DNA of 53,669 nt from an uncultured delta proteobacterium (GTDB taxonomy: Bacteria; Desulfobacterota; Syntrophia; Syntrophales; UBA2192), in NCBI GenBank assembly GCA_963705165.1, contig CAVPJD010000010.1, forward strand, positions 1 through 53,669, read 5' to 3'. This document shows, piece by piece, positions 46,511 to 53,669 of this stretch. The notes beneath the pieces are model-generated. The model was given only the letters and a program-made list of their open reading frames with translations. It did not search any database and had not been told where the DNA came from. A program made the translations under genes and the position numbers. The first letter of the stretch is position 1; each line of letters starts with the position of its first letter.

Positions 46511-47942
46511 AGGTCTTGTCGTTCGGCTCCGTGCCGGCGATGGTCTCGCGGGCCGTGATGCGGATCTCGTCCATGGCCTCCGGCAGTTCCCGGCTTGTCG
46601 AGACCCCCAGGTCCCGGAACCGGCGGAAGGAGGGCATGAGCCGCGTCTCGATGGAGCGCACGGCGTCGTTGTGGGACTCGACGGCCTTTGTCAGGTTCGC
46701 CCCGGCCCTCGCGAAGTGCTCCGCCACGACGGAGAACCGTTCGTAGAGCTCCCGGCCCAGGCGGTTGATCTCTCTTGCGCCGCTGGCCATCTGCTCCTGC
46801 TGCCACCCGTAGGCCACGGCCTTGAGAAGCGCGATGAGCGTCGTGGGGGTGGCGAGGATCACCTTTTTGAGGCTGCCGTCCTCGATGAGGTTCGGGTCGT
46901 TTTCGAGGGCGGCGCTGAAGAAGGTCTCGCCGGGGAGATACATGACCACGAGCTCCGGCGAATCCTCGAACTGGTCCCAGTAGGCCTTCGAACCCAGCCC
47001 GTTCATGTGGCCGCGCACGGCGGTGACGTAGCCTGCGAAGGCCTTTTTGCGCTCCTCCTCGGTGGAGGCCTCCAGGGCATTGAGGAAGGCATCTACGGGC
47101 GCCTTGGCGTCGATGACGATGCTCCGGCCGTTGGGCAGACGGACAACCATGTCGGGGCGGAGCTTTCCCGACTCCGTGTCGACGCTGACCTGCTCGTAGA
47201 AATCGCACCAGGGCGCCATGCCCGATAGCTCCGCCGCCCGCCTCAGGGACATCTGTCCCCAGGAGCCGCTCACCTGGGGTTTGCGCAGGGCCGTGGAGAG
47301 GCTCGAGGTCTCCCGCTGCAGGGCTTCGTTCATCTCGGAGAGCTCCTTGATCTGACGGGAGAGGTTCCAGGACTGCTCGGCCCGCGCCTTTTCCATCTCG
47401 CGGAGCTGCTCCTCGTAGCGCTTCAGCGTCTCCTGGAGCGGCCGGATCGTCCCTTCCATGCCTGCCTGGTGCTCGCCCAGCTTTCCCTTCGTCTGCTCGA
47501 GGATTTTGCCGAGATTCTCCGAGGCAAGTTCCAGGAAGCTGCGGTTGCTGCTTTCGAGTGCCGTTGCGGCCTGGGACCGAAACGTGTCGGTCATCTCCGT
47601 CTTCATGACCTCGATGACCTCCCTCTGCCGCTCGAAGCTTCGGGCGGTCTCGGCAAGCCGTGCCTGGGACTCCACGGCCTGGACGCGCTCGTCGTCAAGG
47701 GCCTTGCGCAGCCCCGTGATTTCGCTTTCCGCCTGCTTGAGCTGCTGCCTGAGCTGGTCCATCTGCCCTTCGGCGTAGCGGGCCCGACCCTCCAGCTCGG
47801 AGACGCGGACGGAGTGACTGAGCTTGATCTCTTCGGTCTGCCTGAGGATTTCCTTCTGGGCGGCAAGCCGCGCGATGATCCACAGCAGGATCCCGCCGCA
47901 AGCGAAGCCGGCCAGGAAGATGATCACGATGTCGATGGACAT
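46509..47942 (-). CDS. rmuC: DNA recombination protein RmuC
   Basis: N-terminal TM, coiled coil, GSWGQ, LRPDMVVRLP, IDAKAP, ATPTTLIALL. Confidence 0.93.
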   Translation of the reverse strand: MSIDIVIIFLAGFACGGILLWIIARLAAQKEILRQTEEIKLSHSVRVSELEGRARYAEGQMDQLRQQLKQAESEITGLRKALDDERVQAVESQARLAETARSFERQREVIEVMKTEMTDTFRSQAATALESSNRSFLELASENLGKILEQTKGKLGEHQAGMEGTIRPLQETLKRYEEQLREMEKARAEQSWNLSRQIKELSEMNEALQRETSSLSTALRKPQVSGSWGQMSLRRAAELSGMAPWCDFYEQVSVDTESGKLRPDMVVRLPNGRSIVIDAKAPVDAFLNALEASTEEERKKAFAGYVTAVRGHMNGLGSKAYWDQFEDSPELVVMYLPGETFFSAALENDPNLIEDGSLKKVILATPTTLIALLKAVAYGWQQEQMASGAREINRLGRELYERFSVVAEHFARAGANLTKAVESHNDAVRSIETRLMPSFRRFRDLGVSTSRELPEAMDEIRITARETIAGTEPNDKT

Positions 47943-47958
47943 GTTCCCTCCCCAAGAA

Positions 47959-48050
47959 AGGCATTAGGCATTAGGCACGAGGCATCAGGGAATTCGGAAC
48001 GCAATCAGTTCAGGTTTTCCTGTAGCCTGAAGCCTGAAGCCCGATGCCTG
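47959..48050. repeat. Heptamer repeat hairpin (AGGCAYN)4 ... (CCYGWWG)4
   Basis: aggcatt aggcatt aggcacg aggcatc ... cctgtag cctgaag cctgaag cccgatg cctg. Confidence 0.8.
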
Positions 48051-48860
48051 TCTTTTACCATCATCCCCGGTCGATGGCAAAGGATTCGACAGGCGATCCT
48101 CTGTCCGGCCAGTGCAACCGCTCCGCCGGAAAACCGGCAAGGAGTGTCAAGGTACCAGGCATGAGAGAGGGCCGTAAAGAATCCCGGCACATCCTATGAA
48201 TACCTTTTCCTCTGTTCTCCTCCCCTGGTGGGAGGAGGAATTGAGGCAACGCGTTGCGTTGCCTCCCGGTAAGGAATAGGGTGGACATGATGCGCTCCCC
48301 AGCCCGCTGCACGGTTAGATGGAGCGTCCCCGGTGGATACGGGGGAATAATTCCAACCCTTTTGCGTGAAGAGGCAGCGGTCTTTCCTCCAATTTGTGTT
48401 GTCGGTTGATGCCCGGAGCAAGGCGGGAAGCCCCTTTGCGACGTTCGCGCCTTCTTCCCTGTCCTGCATCCGGGGCCGCTGTACAGCCGGAAAGCGGCGT
48501 CACGACTGGCGAAGCCCCGAAAGGTCCGCCAGCAGTGGAATTGAAGGGAGGGGGCCGGAAAAGATCGACAGGATTGGCTTTGCGGGTTCAAAACCCCCGA
48601 AAGGGGCATATATCTTGCATTTCAACAAACGATTTTATCCGTTACCGTGTCGCAGAAATTTATGCCTCGGCGAAGAAAAATTTGCTGAAATGTTAAAAAA
48701 GCTAGACTACGAGCGAATCTTAGGCTATACTCCCACCGGTTTCGAATCCGGTGGTTGATTTCTTTCGAAAGGGGGATGGTCGTCAAATCATCGTACGAAG
48801 GAGACAAACGCGAGGGATTCAAATTAACCCCAATAATTCCAATCAAGGAGGAGAATTTTA

Positions 48861-49130
48861 ATGAACAAGGGACAACTCGTTGAAGTGGTAGCCAAGGCAC
48901 TGGGCTCCAAGAGCGCGGCGGAGAAAGCCATCAACTCAACCCTGAAGGCGATCACGGATGCTCTGAAGAAGGGCGACAAGGTTACGCTGGTTGGCTTCGG
49001 GACCTTTGCTGTCGCCAAGCGCGCTGCCCGCATAGGCCGCAACCCCCAGACCGGCAAAGAGATCAAGATCCGGGCGAAGAAAGTACCCAAGTTCACCGCC
49101 GGCAAGGCTCTCAAGGACACCATCAAGTAA
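48861..49130 (+). CDS. hup: Histone-like DNA-binding protein HU
   Basis: [39 protein letters not shown]. Confidence 0.96.
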   Translation: MNKGQLVEVVAKALGSKSAAEKAINSTLKAITDALKKGDKVTLVGFGTFAVAKRAARIGRNPQTGKEIKIRAKKVPKFTAGKALKDTIK

Positions 49131-49145
49131 ACACGGTTGCCCTGA

Positions 49146-49177
49146 CCCCCGGTGCTCCACACACCGGGGGTTTTTTT
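49146..49177 (+). terminator. Intrinsic terminator after hup
   Basis: CCCCCGGTG-7 nt-CACCGGGGG-T7. Confidence 0.9.
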
Positions 49178-49257
49178 ATGCCCGCTGCCGAACTCTCCCC
49201 CTGTTGCTGCAACATATCGTTTGAGCTTCTCTGTCGGATCAGGTAAAAAAGTGGATC

Positions 49258-52200
49258 ATGCCCGGTTTGAAGCTATACACCAGCAACCGTCTCGAGGCCC
49301 TCGCCGGGGTGCTTTCGGAGACCCTGCGGCAGCCGCTGGTCTCGCCCACGGTCCCGGAGATCATCCTGGTCCAGAGCCGCGGCATGGAGCGGTGGCTCTC
49401 CCTGGAGATGGCCCGGCGCCTCGGGATCTGCGCCAACATCCGTTTCCCCTTCCCCAACCACTTCGTCGAGGAGCTCTTCCGCGCCGTTCTGCCCGATCGG
49501 GCCGGCTCCCCGGCCTTCGACGCGGAAGTGCTCACCTGGCGAATCATGGGTCTGCTGCCCGGCTGCCTGGACGGGGAAGGCTTCGAGCCCCTGAAGGAAT
49601 ACCTAGCCGATGACGGCCGGGGCCTCAAGCGCTATCAACTCTGCCGGAATATCGCCCGCCTTTTCGACCAGTATCTCGTCTACCGGCCCGACATGGTGCT
49701 CGGCTGGGAAGCGGGCAGGGAGCGCCACTGGCAGGCAACCCTCTGGCGAAGGCTCGCGGCGGGAAGCACCGCCGCTCACCGGGCGGCGCGCTGGAAGGAA
49801 GCCCTTGCCCGGCTGCAGGGGGGCCTGCCCGAAAGGGTGAACCTTCCCGGGAGGATCTCCGTCTTCGGCATCTCGGCCCTGCCGCCCTACCACCTCCAGC
49901 TCCTCGACGCCGTCTCCCGCTCAATCGACGTGAACCTCTTCGTCCTGAACCCCTGCCGGGAGTACTGGTACCTCATCTACTCCGATCGCGAGATGCGAAG
50001 ACTTGTCGATCGGCTCGGGACGGCCGGCTCCGATGAAACCCTCCATCTGGAAAGGGGCAACAGCCTGCTCGCCTCCATGGGGTCCCTGGGCCGGGACTTC
50101 CTCAGGATGGTTTATGACACGGGCTGCGAGGAAGCGGACTTTTCGGCCCAGCCCGGAGAGGCGAGCCTTCTTGCCTGCATCCAGTCGGATATCCTCAACC
50201 TGCGTGACCGGGGCGCAGACGGCATCCGGACGGCCATAGCCGTTGACGACGACTCGATCCAGGTCCACTCCTGCCACAGTCCCATGCGGGAGGTGGAGAT
50301 CCTTCAGGACCGGATCCTCGACCTGCTCGAGCGCGACCCGTCGCTCACCCCGGCCGACATCCTCGTCATGACGCCCGAGATCGAGACCTATGCCCCCTTC
50401 ATCGAGGCCGTCTTTTCGCTTCCCCGCGGCGAGAGGCGCAGGATCCCCTTCAGTGTTGCCGACCGCGGCGTGTGCAGGGAGAGCATCCTCGTGGACACCT
50501 TCCTGCGGCTTCTCGATCTCGAGGGGAGCCGCCTGGGCGCCACGGAAATCGCCGCCTTCCTCGACACGGATGCCCTGCGAAGGCGCTTCGCCCTCGGGGC
50601 GGACGATCTTGTGCGCATCCACCGGTGGATCCGCGACACCGGCATCCGGTGGGGGATCGACGGGTCGAGCCGCTGTCGCGAGGGGCTTCCCGGATTCTCG
50701 GAGAATACCTGGCAGGCGGGTCTCGACCGGCTGCTGCTCGGGTACGCCCTGGCGGGCCGGGGCGAAGAGCTCTTCATGGGCATTCTCCCCCACGAGGACG
50801 TTGCCGAAGGGGAGGCGCCCGTCCTCGGGTCCTTCCTGAGCTTTGTGGAGAAGCTCTTTTCCTTTGCAGCATCCCTGGAGGAAACGCGGGATCTCGCGGG
50901 CTGGGCATCCCACCTCGGCGCCGCCCTCGACACCTTTTTCCTCGCCGACGGGGACGAGGAAGAGGATCTGCAGGCCCTGCGCCGGGCGCTGACCGACATG
51001 GCCCTGTTGCAATCGCAGTCCGGGCTTGATGAACGGCTCGGCGCCGGTGTCCTGAAAGCCCATCTCGAAGAGGCGCTCCGGGAGGTGGGGCTCGGGTTCG
51101 GCTTCATCACGGGCGGCATCACCTTCTGCGCCTTGCTCCCCATGCGGAGCATCCCCTTTCGGGTGATCTGCCTCATCGGCCTGGGCGACGGCGCCTACCC
51201 GCGGCAGACCCGGGTGCCGGGATTCGATCTGATGAAGGAGCGCCCCCGGCCCGGCGATCGATCGCGCAGGCTCGACGACCGGTACCTCTTTCTCGAGGCG
51301 CTGCTCTCCGCCCGCCGGACCTTCTACATCAGCTACGCGGGGCAGAGCATCCAGGACAACAGCGTGCGGCCGCCCTCGGTCCTGGTGAGCGAGCTGCTCG
51401 ACGCGATCAAGCAGGGCTTCGAGACGCCCGGGAGGGACATCGGCGACGCCATCGTCACCCAGCATCGCCTGCAGGCCTTCAGCCCCGGGTACTTCCGCGG
51501 GGAGAGGCTTTTCAGCTACTCCGCTGAGAATGCGGCGGCGGCCCTTTCGGCCGTTGCCGGCCGCAGGGAGAAGCCGCCCTTCATTTCCTCAAACCTCCCC
51601 GAGCCGCAGCCTGCGTGGCGAAGCATCGACGTGCAGGCCCTCGTCCGGTTCTACGCCAACCCGGCCCGCTGGCTGCTCAACCGCAGGCTGGGCATCCGCC
51701 TCGAAGAGGCCGGGGCGTTTCTCGACGACGTGGAGCCCATGAGCCTCGAAGGCCTCGAGAGCTACGAACTGGGCGAGCTGCTCGCGGCGCGATGCCTCGA
51801 AGGGCTCGAGGCAAGGGATCTGCTGCCCGCCGCGAGGGCCCTGGGAAGCCTGCCGCCGGGGACTCCGGGGGAGTGCGGGTTCCAGGAGCTCTGCGAGGGC
51901 GTCGAAGCCTTCGCCTCCCGCCTCAGGCCGCATCTGTTGGGAGAGCCCCTCGGGGCGGTCGACCTCGATTGCGCGCTCGGGCCCTTCAGGCTCACGGGCA
52001 GGGTGCAGCTCGGATTGCCCTCGGCCCTGGTCCATTACCGGTTTGCGTCCGTCAAGGCGAAGGACCTGCTTCGCTCGTGGATCCATCACCTGGCGCTCAG
52101 CGCCGGGGGCTCCGGCCGTTATCCCGGCCGCTGCGTGATCATCGGTCAGGACAGGGGCTACGTCCTCGGGCCTGTCGCCGATGCGGAAAGCATCCTCCTG

Positions 52201-52479
52201 GGTCTGCTCGAGATCTACTGGAGAGGGCTCACGAGGCCCCTGCACTTCTTTCCCGATACCGCGCGGGCTTACATGGAAAATCTTCTCAAGGGAAAGACCG
52301 GCGAGGAAGCCCTGAAAACCGCGGGCCGGACGTGGACGTCGGATCGCGGATATTCCGAGGGGGATGACCCCTATTACCGGCTGTGTTTTGACGGGCAGGA
52401 TCCCCTCGACGGCGAGTTCGTGGAGCTTGCAACCGCGATCCTGAAGCCGCTCCTGGAGCGGGCAGGGGAGGAGGGCTGA
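49258..52479 (+). CDS. recC: Exodeoxyribonuclease V gamma subunit
   Basis: SNRLEAL, FDQYLVYRP, NPCREYW, CHSPMREVE, PMRSIPF, DDRYLFLEALLSAR. Confidence 0.96.
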   Translation: MPGLKLYTSNRLEALAGVLSETLRQPLVSPTVPEIILVQSRGMERWLSLEMARRLGICANIRFPFPNHFVEELFRAVLPDRAGSPAFDAEVLTWRIMGLLPGCLDGEGFEPLKEYLADDGRGLKRYQLCRNIARLFDQYLVYRPDMVLGWEAGRERHWQATLWRRLAAGSTAAHRAARWKEALARLQGGLPERVNLPGRISVFGISALPPYHLQLLDAVSRSIDVNLFVLNPCREYWYLIYSDREMRRLVDRLGTAGSDETLHLERGNSLLASMGSLGRDFLRMVYDTGCEEADFSAQPGEASLLACIQSDILNLRDRGADGIRTAIAVDDDSIQVHSCHSPMREVEILQDRILDLLERDPSLTPADILVMTPEIETYAPFIEAVFSLPRGERRRIPFSVADRGVCRESILVDTFLRLLDLEGSRLGATEIAAFLDTDALRRRFALGADDLVRIHRWIRDTGIRWGIDGSSRCREGLPGFSENTWQAGLDRLLLGYALAGRGEELFMGILPHEDVAEGEAPVLGSFLSFVEKLFSFAASLEETRDLAGWASHLGAALDTFFLADGDEEEDLQALRRALTDMALLQSQSGLDERLGAGVLKAHLEEALREVGLGFGFITGGITFCALLPMRSIPFRVICLIGLGDGAYPRQTRVPGFDLMKERPRPGDRSRRLDDRYLFLEALLSARRTFYISYAGQSIQDNSVRPPSVLVSELLDAIKQGFETPGRDIGDAIVTQHRLQAFSPGYFRGERLFSYSAENAAAALSAVAGRREKPPFISSNLPEPQPAWRSIDVQALVRFYANPARWLLNRRLGIRLEEAGAFLDDVEPMSLEGLESYELGELLAARCLEGLEARDLLPAARALGSLPPGTPGECGFQELCEGVEAFASRLRPHLLGEPLGAVDLDCALGPFRLTGRVQLGLPSALVHYRFASVKAKDLLRSWIHHLALSAGGSGRYPGRCVIIGQDRGYVLGPVADAESILLGLLEIYWRGLTRPLHFFPDTARAYMENLLKGKTGEEALKTAGRTWTSDRGYSEGDDPYYRLCFDGQDPLDGEFVELATAILKPLLERAGEEG

Positions 52480-52480
52480 C

Positions 52481-53669
52481 ATGCCGGAAGCCTGGCCCCG
52501 GTTCGACCTGCTGGCAAGCCCGCTCGACGGGACAAACCTCATCGAGGCGAGCGCCGGCACGGGGAAGACCTACGCGATCGCGGGTCTATTCCTGCGCCTG
52601 CTTCTCGAGAAGCACCTGGCGCCCGCCGAGATCCTCGTCGTGACCTACACCGTGGCGGCCACGGAGGAGTTGCGCGACCGGATCCGGGGGAAAATCCGGG
52701 CCGCCCTCGATGTCTTGAACGGCGCAGGCGCGACGGAGACCTTCATCGAGGATCTCGTCGGTGGGATTGGCGACCGGAAGGACGCGCGGGCGCGGCTGCG
52801 CGAGGCGCTGAGGAGCTTCGACGAGACCCCCATCTTCACGATCCACTCCTTCTGCCAGCGGATGCTCTCCGAGAACGCCTTCGAGAGCGGGAGCCCCTTC
52901 GACACGGAGCTGCTGCCCGACGAGCGAGGGCTCCGGGAGGAGATCGTCCGCGATTTCTGGCGCCGGCACTTCTATGAAGCGCCCCACGAATTCGTCCACT
53001 ACGTCCGCGGCCGCTGCAGGGGCCCTGCCTCGTTTCTCGAACTGCTTCGCGCGGCGCCGCTGAGGCCCGACTCCAGGATCGTTTCCGAGGCGCCCCCGGT
53101 CGCCTTGAGCGGCCTCGAGGCGGTGCGGGCCGCCGCTGCCGGCCTTCGGGAGTCCTGGCCAGAGAGCCGCACCGGTGTCGAAGCCGCCTTGCGTGCTGAG
53201 GCCCTAAGCAAAGTACAGTACGGAAGGCCGGAGCGGCTCCTTTCGGCCATGGACGCCTTCATCGCTCGCCCCTGGGCGTCACTTCCCCTGTCGAAGGAGC
53301 TGCTCAAATTCAGCCCCGGGGCCCTGGCCAAGGCCGCAAAGAAGGGCCACGTTGCCCCGACGCACCGTTTTTTCGATCGCTTTCGGGATTTCGAATCGGC
53401 GGCGCAGGCGCTTATCGCCGAGATGGACGGGCAGATCCGCTTCCTGCGATGCGAGCTGTTCCGGTATGTCCGGGATGAGCTTGCCTCGCGAAAGCGGCGG
53501 CGCAACCTCCGGTCCTACGACGATTTGCTGGCCGATCTCCGCAAGGCGCTCGTCTCCGAGGGGGGTGGCGCCCTCTCGGGGGCCATCCGGAAAAAATACC
53601 GGGCCGCCCTGATCGACGAGTTCCAGGAGACGGACCCCGTGCAGTTCGCCATCTTCGAGTCCGTCTTCG
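52481..53669 (+). CDS. recB: Exodeoxyribonuclease V beta subunit (3' end beyond the window)
   Basis: MPEAWPRFDLLASPLDGTNLIEASAGTGKTY, TIHSFCQRML, LIDEFQETD; open to the window end. Confidence 0.94.
   Translation, partial: MPEAWPRFDLLASPLDGTNLIEASAGTGKTYAIAGLFLRLLLEKHLAPAEILVVTYTVAATEELRDRIRGKIRAALDVLNGAGATETFIEDLVGGIGDRKDARARLREALRSFDETPIFTIHSFCQRMLSENAFESGSPFDTELLPDERGLREEIVRDFWRRHFYEAPHEFVHYVRGRCRGPASFLELLRAAPLRPDSRIVSEAPPVALSGLEAVRAAAAGLRESWPESRTGVEAALRAEALSKVQYGRPERLLSAMDAFIARPWASLPLSKELLKFSPGALAKAAKKGHVAPTHRFFDRFRDFESAAQALIAEMDGQIRFLRCELFRYVRDELASRKRRRNLRSYDDLLADLRKALVSEGGGALSGAIRKKYRAALIDEFQETDPVQFAIFESVF

Noticed and set aside
48733..48754. tRNA-like TTCGAATCC upstream of hup
   Set aside because: It lies within a simple CCACCGG/CCGGTGG hairpin with no cloverleaf context

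Overview
GC-rich chromosomal window, probably from an anaerobic deltaproteobacterium (Syntrophales/Desulfobacterota-like; inferred from gene content). Left part: a selenocysteine-containing membrane-bound formate dehydrogenase (fdnGHI, in-frame UGA plus SECIS-like hairpin), fdhE, a stand-alone ModE-type HTH regulator with two candidate operators, an exported peroxiredoxin/TlpA pair, a group 1b-like [NiFe] hydrogenase (hydABCD), hypACDBFE, nikR, cooC and an ECF nickel transporter (nikMNQO). Centre (about 22.5-34.1 kb, minus strand, visibly AT-richer): larCEB without larA, a tRNA-Gly 3'-end fragment, an IS3 remnant, and an operon of exbB-exbD-tonB, a TonB-dependent receptor, a ZnuABC-like transporter with atypical ligands and a His-rich methyltransferase. 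This operon sits behind a perfect NikR-type box and is the best candidate for an undescribed nickel/metallophore uptake system. Right part: two cytochromes c, DUF364-mobB, trxB, lgt, cutA, sod, menA, PfkB kinase, WrbA-like flavoprotein, nnr, ispB, ppsR, rmuC, hup, recC and partial recB. About 12 gene junctions outside the central island carry 7- or 8-nt-period tandem repeats, several forming long hairpins; one pair of arms brackets ppsR. All calls are by eye; no database searches were run.
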